Source: Phyllobates terribilis | Taxonomy: Eukaryota | Assembly (NCBI RefSeq): GCF_046119375.1 | Contig: NW_027362767.1 | Location: 150,722,001 to 150,786,000 of the forward strand | Reading direction: 5' to 3' | DNA: 64,000 nt | Part shown: in pieces, positions 52,985 through 64,000 of the stretch | Layout of the letters: each line of letters starts with the position of its first letter | Position numbering within the stretch: the stretch's first letter is position 1 | Position numbers and translations under genes: made by a program | The notes under the pieces: model-generated | Told to the model about the DNA's origin: nothing | Databases searched by the model: none | Seen by the model: the letters and a program-made list of their open reading frames with translations, nothing else

Positions 52985-53220
52985 ACCAATGGAAAGACTG
53001 ATTGGTGGGGATGTGGTGGATGTCAACCAATGGAAAACCTGGTTAGTGGGGGGTGTGGTGGATGTCAACCAATGGAAAACCTGGTTAGTGGGGGGTGTGG
53101 TGGATGGCAGCCAATGGAAAATACTGGTTGCTGGGGGTGTGGTGGATGGCAACCAATGGAAAACCTGTTTAGTGGAGGCATGCTGGCTGCCAACCAATGG
53201 AAAGACTGGTTGGTAGTCAG
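52985..53220. repeat. 42-bp G-rich repeat, about 5 copies, in the putative NCSTN 3' UTR
   Basis: TCAACCAATGGAAAACCTGGTTAGTGGGGGGTGTGGTGGATG. Confidence 0.9.
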
Positions 53221-53493
53221 TGTTCCCTGACAAGTGTAGCTGTACAGACGTGTGCTGGCGGTATAGACGGTTGGCAGCAGTCGCACACCCTATACAAGTC
53301 CTTATCTCAAAGGCTGTGGTTAAAGCTTACGCTTTCAGGTTTTTCCCGTGGAATTTTCATGAAATTCAAAGCAATATTCCGCCAACCGTAGAATTACTTG
53401 TTGCCATGGTGATAGAATGAACAACATCTGCCATCTTTCATTGTTTTTGTGCTTTTTTTTTTTTTTTTATGTCGTTCCCCTTTCCTGAGATGT

Positions 53494-53499
53494 AATAAA
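53494..53499 (+). terminator. Candidate NCSTN polyadenylation signal
   Basis: First AATAAA I found after the stop (about 970 nt downstream), preceded by a U-rich tract. Confidence 0.55.
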
Positions 53500-53612
53500 A
53501 TTACTAAAAAATGATTCTGTGTTAAAAATCTTAAACTCTCTTCTGGGAGAAGTCAGAAAAACTGCAGTACAACACTTTGACCTGTAGGTGTCATTGTTTT
53601 CAGCAAGCTATT

Positions 53613-56255
53613 AAAAGCACTGCAGTACTGCGCTATAACCACTGGGTGTTGATGTTTCTATGGAAAGAACTGCAGTACTGAGCTATAACCACTCGGTGTT
53701 GATGTTTCTATGGAAAGCACTGCAGTACTGAGCTATAACCACTGGGTGTCAATGTTTCTATGGAAAGCACTGCAGTACTGAGCTATAACCACTGGGTGTC
53801 AATGTTTCTATGGAAAGCACTGCAGTACTGAGCTATAACCACTAGGTGTCGCTGTTTCTGCAGCTTTCTATGGAAAGCACTGCACTGCAACCGCTGGGTG
53901 CTGATGTTTCTATGGAAAGCACTGCAGTACTGAGCTATAACTGCTTGGTGCTGATGTTTCTATGGAAAGCACTGCAGTACTGAGCTATAACCACTGGGTG
54001 CTGATGTTTCTATGGAAAGCACTGCAGTACTGAGCTATAACCACTAGGTGTCGCTGTTTCTGCAGCTTTCTATGGAAAGCACTGCACTGCAACCGCTGGG
54101 TGCTGATGTTTCTATGGAAAGCACTGCAGTACTGAGCTATAACCACTGGGTGTCGATGTTTCTATGGAAAACACTGCAGTACTGAGCTATAACCGCTGGG
54201 TGCTGATGTTTCTATGGAAAGCACTGCAGTACTGAGCTATAACCACTGGGTGTTGATGTTTCTATGGAAAGCACTGCAGTACTGAGCTATAACCACTGGG
54301 TGTTGATGTTTCCATGGAAAGCACTGCAGTACTGAGCTATAACCACTGGGTGTCACTGTTTCTATGGAAAGCACTGCAGTACTGAGCTATAACCACTGGG
54401 TGCTGATGTTTCTATGGAAAGCACTGCAGTACTGAGCTATAACCACTGGGTGTCGATGTTTCTATGGAAAGCACTGCAGTACTGAGCTATAACCACTGGG
54501 TGTCGATGTTTCTATGGAAAGCACTGCATTACTGAGCTATAACCGCTGGGTGTCGATGTTTCTATTGAAAACACTGCAGTACTGAGCTATAACCACTGGG
54601 TGTCGATGTTTCTATGGAAAGCACTGCAGTACTGATCTATAACCACTGGGTGCTGATGTTTCTATGGAAAACACTGCAGTACTGAGCTATAACCACTGGG
54701 TGTTGATGTTTCTATGGAAAGCACTGCAGTACTGAGCTATAACCACTGGGTGTCACTGTTTCTATGGAAAGCACTGCAGTACTGAGCTATAACCACTGGG
54801 TGCTGATGTTTCTATGGAAAGCACTGCAGTACTGAGCTATAACCACTGGGTGTCGATGTTTCTATGGAAAACACTGCAGTACTGAGCTATAACCGCTGGG
54901 TGCTGATGTTTCTATGGAAAGCACTGCAGTACTGAGCTATAACCACTGGGTGCTGATGTTTCTATGGAAAGCACTGCAGTACTGAGCTATAACCACTGGG
55001 TGTCGATGTTTCTATGGAAAGCACTGCAGTACTGAGCTATAACCACTAGGTGTCGCTGTTTCTGCAGCTTTCTATGGAAAGCACTGCACTGCAACCGCTG
55101 GGTGCTGATGTTTCTATGGAAAGCACTGCAGTACTGAGCTATAACCACTGGGTGTCGATGTTTCTATGGAAAGCACTGCAGTACTGAGCTATAACCACTG
55201 GGTGTCGATGTTTCTATGGAAAGCACTGCAGTACTGAGCTATAACCGCTGGGTGCTGATGTTTCTATGGAAAGCACTGCATTACTGAGCTATAACCGCTG
55301 GGTGCTGATGTTTCTATGGAAAGCACTGCAGTACTGAGCTATAACCACTGGGTGTCGATGTTTCTATGGAAAGCACTGCAGTACTGAGCTATAACCGCTG
55401 GGTGCTGATGTTTCTATGGAAAGCACTGCAGTACTGAGCTATAACCACTGGGTGTCGATGTTTCTATGGAAAGCACTGCAGTACTGAGCTATAACCGCTG
55501 GGTGCTGATGTTTCTATGGAAAGCACTGCAGTACTGAGCTATAACCACTGGGTGTCGATGTTTCTATGGAAAGCACTGCAGTACTGAGCTATAACCGCTG
55601 GGTGCTGATGTTTCTATGGAAAGCACTGCAGTACTGAGCTATAACCACTGAGTGTTGATGTTTCTATGGAAAGCACTGCATTACTGAGCTATAACCGCTG
55701 GGTGCTGATGTTTCTATGGAAAGCACTGCAGTACTGAGCTATAACCACTAGGTGTCGCTGTTTCTGCAGCTTTCTATGGAAAGCACTGCACTGCAACCGC
55801 TGGGTGCTGATGTTTCTATGGAAAGCACTGCAGTACTGAGCTATAACCACTGGGTGTCGATGTTTCTATGGAAAACACTGCAGTACTGAGCTATAACCGC
55901 TGGGTGTTGATGTTTCTATGGAAAGCACTGCAGTACTGAGCTATAACCACTGGGTGTCGATGTTTCTATGGAAAGCACTGCAGTACTGAGCTATAACCAC
56001 TAGGTGTCGATGTTTCTATGGAAAGCACTGCAGTACTGAGCTATAACCACTGGGTGTCGATGTTTCTATGGAAAGCACTGCAGTACTGAGCTATAACCAC
56101 TGGGTGTCGATGTTTCTATGGAAAGCACTGCAGTACTGAGCTATAACCACTAGGTGTCGCTGTTTCTGCAGCTTTCTATGGAAAGCACTGCACTGCAACC
56201 GCTGGGTGATGATGTTTCGGCAGCTTTCTATGGGAAGTACTGCACTGTGACCTCT
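53613..56255. repeat. 50-bp satellite, about 50 copies
   Basis: Unit GTTTCTATGGAAAGCACTGCAGTACTGAGCTATAACCACTGGGTGTCGAT. Confidence 0.98.
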
Positions 56256-57136
56256 AGGTGTCGCTGTCTCATGTCCTATTCTTCTTTGCTTGATATCACT
56301 GCTGAAAATGGGTCTTTTGTAGACTGCTGTAGCAGAGCTGAGGTTTTGTCACTTTGCTGTCTCCAGACAGAAGTCAATTGGGAAATCTAGAAAGATCAAT
56401 TTAGTCTGGATAACGAAAAGGTTTTTTTTAATATAATAAAAAAAAAATACAATATATTATTATTTTAGAGCTTGATTGTGGCAAGAATCCAATATCCCCT
56501 TCCCTACAGTCTGTGGATGTTGATACCAGTCTGACCGCCATAGTGCGGCTCGGGAGATGTGGGGGTCCGGGATGCTTCTCGCTGTCATAAGACCCTTACT
56601 CCATCTTGCATCGTCTCTCTCCTCTTCCAGCTGCTGCCGGTTTGACCTGGGAGCGCCCGCGGAGGCTCACGTGGCAGATGGGAAGTGAAGGGACCAGATT
56701 TAAGTTGACAGCGGAGACTGCAGGACAGTAGGACTAATGATCATCTCCGAGGTTTAACCCTTCCCGCTGTCTATGGGAATAATATATCATTTTTTTTTTT
56801 TTTAGCTGAAGTTTGGTGGCGACGGCTTTCCAGCTGCCTCCTGGCATTGAGCGTGGCATATACAGCTCCGGAGTAACCCTTTGTACAGGATCCTGCAGAG
56901 GAGTTCTTGTCTGGTTGTGGAGCAGGTTAGTGACACAGAAATGGGGGCTGATCATTCCATCAGGTTGTCAGGGCATGCTGGGAGATGTAGTTATGCATCC
57001 GGAAGCTAGAGTGGAAATGAAAGGATACTTTTGAGTTCAAGTCCCCCTAAGGGGACTAAAAAATAATGTGAAAAATTGCTATAAAATAGTTTAAAAACCT
57101 GTAAAAATGAAAAAAAAATCTAAAAAAAAATAATGA

Positions 57137-57690
57137 TGTGTGTGTGTGTGTGTCTGCCGTCAGGTGTGTGTGTGTGTCTGCCGTCAGGTGTGTGTGTGTG
57201 TCTGCCGTCAGGTGTGTGTGTGTGTCTGCCGTCAGGTGTGTGTGTGTGTCTGCCGTCAGGTGGGTGTGTGTGCCTGCCGTCAGGTGGGTGTGTGTGCCTG
57301 CCGTCAGGTGGGTGTGTGTGCCTGCCGTCAGGTGGGTGGGTGTGTGTGTGCCTGCCGTCAGGTGGGTGTGTGTGTGCCTGCCGTCAGGTGGGTGTGTGTG
57401 TGTCTGCCGTCAGGTGGGTGTGTGTGTGCCTGCCGTCAGGTGGGTGTGTGTGTGCCTGCCGTCAGGTGGGTGTGTGTGTCTGCCGTCAGGTGGGTGTGTG
57501 TGTGTCTGCCGTCAGGTGGGTGTGTGTGTGCCTGCCGTCAGGTGGGTGTGTGTGTGCCTGCCGTCAGGTGGGTGTGTGTGTGCCTGCCGTCAGGTGGGTG
57601 TGTGTGTGCCTGCCGTCAGGTGGGTGTGTGTGTGCCTGCCGTCAGGTGGGTGTGTGTGCCTGCCGTCGGGCCTGTGTGTCTGCCGTCGGG
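57137..57690. repeat. (GT)n-CTGCCGTCAG compound minisatellite
   Basis: 20-28-bp units. Confidence 0.96.
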
Positions 57691-58010
57691 CCTGTCTGCC
57701 TTGTACTTTTGCAGTGGTGGGACAGCCATAGAGGGGAGATCAGTGACTTGGGGGGTTTGTTGCTAATATGTGTGTGCCACCTGCCGTGCCTTCCTGGCGC
57801 TCGGCTGCGGCTGTAATGTGTGCGGTTTGTTTAATGTCGCGGCTCCGGCGCTGCGAGTGATGAAACTCCAGGTAATGTCAGCGCAGTGACTGCAGGATGT
57901 AAACAAGACAACGGCGCCCCCAGGGGGATCTCACCAGCACAGCGGAGGCAGCAGCACGCCCGGCACTGCAGAGCACACAGCGATCCTCTGACATCACCAG
58001 GGTACACACA

Positions 58011-58886
58011 GGGGGCTGAGATACACCCCCCAGAAACCAGTGTCACACACAGAGGGCTGAGATACACCCCCCAGAAACCAGTGTCACACACGGGAGGCTG
58101 AGATACACCCCCCAGAAACCAGTGTCACACACGGGAGGCTGAGATACACCCCCCAGAAACCAGTGTCACACACGGGAGGCTGAGATACACCCCCCAGAAA
58201 CCAGTGTCACACACGGGGGGCTGAGATACACCCCCCAGAAACCAGTGTCACACACGGGGGGGCTGAGATACACCCCCCAGAAACCAGTGTCACACACGGG
58301 GGGGCTGAGATACACCCCCCAGAAACCAGTGTCACACACGGGGGGGCTGAGATACACCCCCCAGAAACCAGTGTCACACACGGGAGGCTGAGAGACACCC
58401 CCCAGAAACCAGTGTCACACACGGGAGGCTGAGAGACACCCCCCAGAAACCAGTGTCACACACGGGAGGCTGAGATACACCCCCCAGAAACCAGTGTCAC
58501 ACACGGGGGGGGGCTGAGATACACCCCCCAGAAACCAGTGTCACACACGGGGGGGGGCTGAGATACACCCCCCAGAAACCAGTGTCACACACGGGGGGGG
58601 GCTGAGATACACCCCCCAGAAACCAGTGTCACACGGGGGGGGGCTGAGAGACACCCCCCAGAAACCAGTGTCACACACGGGGGGCTGAGAGACACCCCCC
58701 AGAAACCAGTGTCACACACGGGGGGGCTGAGAGACACCCCCCAGAAACCAGTGTCACACACGGGGGGGCTGAGAGACACCCCCCAGAAACCAGTGTCACA
58801 CACGGGGGGGCTGAGAGACACCCCCCAGAAACCAGTGTCACACACGGGGGGGCTGAGAGACACCCCCCAGAAACCAGTGTCACACA
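58011..58886. repeat. 41-45-bp minisatellite, about 21 copies
   Basis: GGGGGCTGAGATACACCCCCCAGAAACCAGTGTCACACAC. Confidence 0.96.
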
Positions 58887-59275
58887 GGATAGGGTTAGAT
58901 ACGCTTCTCAGCAGACGGTATCACACAGGATAGGGTTAGATACACCTGTTGAGCAGAGTATCCTCATGAGTGTCTATCATTATGTGGATCCCTCTTCTCG
59001 GATCCCGTATTATTATTTCGGGATGAATGGAAGGTGTTTCCGACTCCCATGACCTCTGACCTCTGCTGGCTGGGAAGCGGAGGAGGGGCGGCTGAGCAGT
59101 GAGGAGAGGCGACAGCTGCCCTGAGCCCTAAGGGGTAAAAGATGCTGGAAAAAGCAACATCATGCCAAGGGAACACATGGCCCTAACCACACAACCCCCC
59201 ATGCTGCACATGGTGTAATATGCAAAGCGGCCTGTGAGGGGGGCCGGGGTCAGATCCACTATCATAATTTATATA

Positions 59276-59412
59276 CAGTGCTGTGCAAAAGTTTTAGGCA
59301 GGTGTGGAGAAAATGCTGCAGAGAAAGAAGCTTCCAGAACAGAAGGGTTATTAGCTTATTCTTATCAATTATCAAAACGCAAAGTGAACGAACAAAAGAG
59401 AAATCTAAATCA
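59276..59412. mobile_element. Tc1-like terminal fragment
   Basis: TA-CAGTGCTGTGCAAAAGTTTTAGGCAGGTGTGG terminus, truncated. Confidence 0.6.
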
Positions 59413-59418
59413 TCGTTA

Positions 59419-59823
59419 TCTGCTGACCGCCCGTCGTCTGTGTCTGCTGACCGCCCGTCGTCTGTGTCTGCTGACCGCCCGTCGTCTGTGTCTGCTGACC
59501 GCCCGTCGTCTGTGTCTGCTGACCGCCCGTCGTCTGTGTCTGCTGACCGCCCGTCGTCTGTGTCTGCTGACCGCCCGTCGTCTGTGTCTGCTGACCGCCC
59601 GTCGTCGGTGTCTGCTGACCGCCCGTCGTCGGTGTCTGCTGACCGCCCGTCGTCTGTGTCTGCTGACCGCCCGTCGTCTGTGTCTGCTGACCGCCCGTCG
59701 TCTGTGTCTGCTGACCGCCCGTCGTCTGTGTCTGCTGACCGCCCGTCGTCGGTGTCTGCTGACCGCCCGTCGTCGGTGTCTGCTGACCGCCCGTCGTCTG
59801 TGTCTGCTGACCGCCCGTCGTCG
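59419..59823. repeat. 24-bp minisatellite, about 17 copies
   Basis: TCTGCTGACCGCCCGTCGTCTGTG. Confidence 0.97.
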
Positions 59824-60885
59824 GTATGTGATCCTTATCACCTGTTTGATACACTTGGTTATTCATACGCCTGCTATAATCCTACACAATCCCTGACTTT
59901 GTGCCGTGTACCTAGAGCTGATGCACCTGCCTTAAGCTTTTGCACTGTACTGTACATATTTATTAACAGATTAACTGTATCTGAGCTTCAGATTTGTTCA
60001 CAGATTGTTTTTTGTATTGCCGCCCAGCTCCACTAAAGTGAATAGGACTGAGCTGTAATATCACACACAACCTGTGGACAGGTGTGGCGCTGGTCCAGAC
60101 CTGCTAGGTGAGGCCCCTATCTGCTATTAACCAACCTCTCGGGTTCCTGGAACCACATCACCGGGGCCCAGTGGGGTGACAGCGAGCCACCTCCAGTGTA
60201 ACCACGTAGATGCCGTGCTCCATGTTCACCATGACATCTAAGGGTTTAAACTGCCGTGATCAGACCTTGTTCCAACCTCAGAGGGTTCAGCAGGTGGGTG
60301 CTATGGAGCGCCATACAATCAGAAGCCCTGCTCCTTCTCACCATTGTGTTCCCCTGAATTGTAGCAGCTGATCGGGTATAATGGCAGTGTATGGGGCTGG
60401 AGGGTCAGTAATGGACGCTTGTTTTATGAGATTTAGTTGGCACTGAAGTAAAATAATGCCAGCACCTCACAAAAATACAATCAGCAAAGAAGGAATCTGT
60501 GCGGGAACGAGACCCTCTCCACTGGCATCCAGCACACCCGGAGCATCTTTCTAGATAATGAGTTTGTAATGGGTGCCAAGGTTGTCGCTGGCAGCATTGG
60601 GCATCACAGAGAGGCCACAGCATCCAAGGCACGGATCAGCGCTGGTTCTGTGAGCCGGTCAGGGCATGAGTGACTGTGTGCAGCGTTACAGGACGACAGT
60701 CTATAGCTGCACTAATCGTGTGTAGTCAGCACAGTACCACTTCTCCTGTCCTGTGTATGTGTATATATATGTATATTATATCTTATCAAGATATATAGAT
60801 AGTATACACTGCACAGTACCACTTCTCCTGTCCTATATACTGGGTGTGATTCCCAGTAATTGTATTATCCAGTATATATAATAAA

Positions 60886-61115
60886 TACAGACCAAAAGTT
60901 TGGACACACCTTCTCATTTAAAGATTTTTCTGTATTTTCTTGACTATGAAAATTGTACATTCACACTGAAGGCATCAAAACTATGAATTAACACATGTGG
61001 AATTATATACTTAACAAAAAAGTGTGAAACAACTGAAAATATGTCTTATATTCTAGGTTCTTCAAAGTAGCCACCTTTTGCTTTGATGACTGCTTTGCAC
61101 ACTCTTGGCATTCTC
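60886..61115. mobile_element. Tc1-like terminal fragment
   Basis: TACAGACCAAAAGTTTGGACACACCTTCTCATT...CTTCAAAGTAGCCACCTTTTGC, recognised as a Tc1-type end. Confidence 0.7.
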
Positions 61116-61413
61116 TCTCTGCACAGTACCACTTCTCCTGTCCTGTATACTGGGTGTAATTCTCAGTACCTGTATTATTCTGTATATATACACTGCACAG
61201 TACCACTTCTTCTCCTGTCCTGTATACTGGGTGTAATTCTCAGTATCTGTATTATTCTGTATATATACACTGCACAGTACCACTTCTCCTGTCCTGTATA
61301 CTGGGTGTAATTCTCAGTACCTGTATTATTCTGTATATATACACTGCACAGTACCACTTCTCCTGTCCTGTATACTGGGTGTAATTCTCAGTATCTGTAT
61401 TATTCTGTATATA

Positions 61414-62416
61414 TATGACGCGCCCCTGGGCCTGTGTCACGCTGCGTTGCGCACGCGGGAGCTTACCCGGAGCCGGATCTGTTGAGGGTTGTAGTCTCGT
61501 GGCGGTGACCCGGTCCGTGCCCAGGGAGTCAAACTGAGCGGCGATGTATCAGCCGTAGATGTTGGACGACTACGCCACCCGTTGAGTACAGCTAAGGAGC
61601 TGCTGCTGCAGGGCAGACCGCTGAGGCCGGTGGTAGGATTGTGCAGCGTGATAGTATAACCCCCAACGGGAGGGGTATGGCCTCAGGGCAGCCGACGTGG
61701 ATGATGGGGGTAGCAGGAACCACTCGGAGACGGTACGGTGTAGTTCAGGGTCTTTACTGGTGACAAAGATAGACCCTCCCGGAGTACTGGCTAGCGATTG
61801 GGGCCTGGTCAGTCCTTGAGCAGATGGGATCTCCCCTGGCCAGGCGGAGTTGTAGGCCTCCCAAACTAACTGTACTCTTCTGGCTACCTTGCTAGAGGCG
61901 GGTATAAGTAGCCCACGTCCCTGAGTGTACCGTGTGGTGCTCACCCGTATGGCCGGTGACTCGGGGCCTTCTAGTAGCTTCCGCTCCACGACGGCGGTGC
62001 TGGTCCCATGCGTGTGACCGTGCCTTCGGGTTTCTTGGCCAGAGGACCTGGAATCCCCTGCCTGACGGATTCTGCTGCTGGGTAGGAGTTAGTCCCCACA
62101 GCCTCGGACTCCGGGTCCGGTAAGAAATCTTCTCAGTCAGGGCGAGCTCTGCAGCTGCCAGCCCCTGACTCCTTGTAACACTGCTCCCACAGAGCTCCTG
62201 ATGTTCTGTTCCTATATTTGCTTCTTTTCTCTGTCTCTACTTCTTCTCTACTCACTAACCCTGCCTCAGCCCTAGGTTTATATAGGGGAAGTTCTTCCCC
62301 TCCCAGGACTGGGCAGGAGGTGTGGCATGCACAGGATCCCTGACCAAAGGACCTCCCACCTGCTCTCAGACGTAATATCTCTATCACTGTGGCAACCAGA
62401 CCCCTGGGGTGTCACA
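61414..62416. mobile_element. Solo LTR (about 1 kb) inserted in the satellite
   Basis: T(A)TGACGCGCCCCTGGG ... CCCCTGGGGTGTCACA inverted termini, 4-bp TATA duplication on both sides; the satellite monomer resumes in register. Confidence 0.8.
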
Positions 62417-64000
62417 TATACACTGCACAGTACCACTTCTCCTGTCCTGTATACTGGGTGTAATTCTCAGTACCTGTATTATTCTGTATATATACTCTGC
62501 ACAGTACCACTTCTCCTGTCCTGTATACTGGGTGTAATTCTCAGTATCTGTATTATTCTGTATATACACTGCACATTACCACTTCTCCTGTCCTGTATAC
62601 TGGGTGTAATTCTCAGTATCTGTATTATTCTGTGTATATATACACTGCACAGTACCACTTCTCCTGTCCTGTATACTGGGTGTAATTCTCAGTATCTGCA
62701 TTATTCTGTATATATACACTGCGCAGTATCACTTCTCCTGTCCTGTATTCTGGGTGTAATTCTCAGTACCTGTATTATTCTGTATATATACTCTGCACAG
62801 TACCACTTCTCCTGTGCTGTATACTGGGTGTAATTCTCAGTATCTGTATTATTCTGTATATATACACTGCACAGTACCACTTCTCCTGTCCTGTATACTG
62901 GGTGTAATTCTCAGTATCTGTATTATTCTGTATATACACTGCACATTACCACTTCTCCTGTCTTGTATACTGGGTGTAATTCTCAGTATCTGTATTATTC
63001 TGTGTATATATACACTGCACAGTACCACTTCTCCTGTCCTGTATACTGGGTGTAATTCTCAGTATCTGCATTATTCTGTATATATACACTGCGCAGTATC
63101 ACTTCTCCTGTCCTGTATACTGGGTGTAATTCTCAGTACCTGTATTATTCTGCATATATACACTGCACAGTACCACTTCTCCTGTCCTGTATACTGGGTG
63201 TAATTCTCAGTATCTGTATTATTCTGTATATATACTCTGCACAGTACCACTTCTCCTGTCCTGTATACTGGGTGTAATTCTCAGTACCTGTATTATTCTG
63301 TATATATACTCTGCATAGTACCACTTCTCCTGTCCTGTATACTGGGTGTAATTATCAGTACCTGTATTATTCTGTATATATACACTGCACAGTACCACTT
63401 CTCCTGTCCTGTATACTGGGTGTAATTCTCAGTACCTGTATTATTCTGTATATATACACTGCACAGTACCACTTCTCCTGTCCTGTATACTGGGTGTAAT
63501 TCTCAGTATCTGTATTATTCTGTATATAAACACTGCACAGCACCACTTCTCCTGTCCTGTATACTGGGTGTAATTCTCAGTACCTGTATTATTCTGTATA
63601 TATACACTGCACAGTACCACTTCTCCTGTCCTGTATACTGTAATTCTCAGTACCTGTATTATTCTGTATATATACACTGCACAGTACCACTTCTCCTGTC
63701 CTGCATACTGGGTGTAATTCTCAGTATCTGTATATATACACTGCACAGTACCACTTCTCCTGTCCTGTATACTGGGTGTAATTCTCAGTACCTGTATTAT
63801 TCTGTATATATACACTGCACAGTACCACTTCTCCTGTCCTGTATACTGGGTGTAATTCTCAGTATCTGTATTATTCTGTATATATACACTGCACAGTACC
63901 ACTTCTCCTGTCCTGTATACTGGGTGTAATTCTCAGTACCTGTATTATTCTGTATATATACACTGCACAGTACCACTTCTCCTGTCCTGTATACTGGGTG

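Larger units (their letters stand above)
60725..64000. repeat. ~74-bp satellite, interrupted by a Tc1 end and a solo LTR, runs off the window
   Basis: TATATACACTGCACAGTACCACTTCTCCTGTCCTGTATACTGGGTGTAATTCTCAGTA(C/T)CTGTATTATTCTG. Confidence 0.97.

Noticed and set aside
57133-59866. Cys-rich ORFs (CVCLPSGG, CLLTARR, TTGGQQTQ repeats) resembling keratin-associated or metallothionein-like proteins
   Set aside because: Multi-frame translations of simple minisatellites.
56256-64000. A neighbouring gene downstream of NCSTN (NHLH1 in human synteny)
   Set aside because: No bHLH or other recognisable exon seen in any frame.

Overview
Vertebrate genomic DNA, most likely an anuran amphibian (inferred from the protein sequences and the repeat families, not from any search). 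The assembly is gapped, with 7 N-runs. The core is the head-to-head pair COPA (minus strand, all 33 coding exons found, 9987-29231, 1223 aa) and NCSTN/nicastrin (plus strand, 29501-52528). Their start codons are only 269 bp apart, across an ETS/YY1-rich bidirectional promoter. Of the 17 NCSTN coding exons known from human, 13 are visible; exons 5-8 are absent (probably in gaps) and exon 4 is frameshifted. The rest is transposons and tandem repeats: a nested L1 > hAT > Gypsy > solo-LTR stack at the left end, a Sleeping Beauty-like Tc1, a second Tc1, an L1 ORF2 fragment, a solo LTR and at least 15 unrelated mini/satellite arrays. Most long entries in the ORF track are repeat artefacts. I found no convincing new protein-coding system. 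The most original signals are: (i) two minisatellites that arose in place from transposon coding sequence between flanking microhomologies; (ii) intronic repeats in NCSTN carrying RNA-processing signals on the sense strand (about 123 AATAAA copies, a 5.5-kb AG-free polypyrimidine tract, AG|GT ratchet-like motifs); (iii) the conserved COPA I164 A-to-I recoding codon next to a satellite-disrupted intron.
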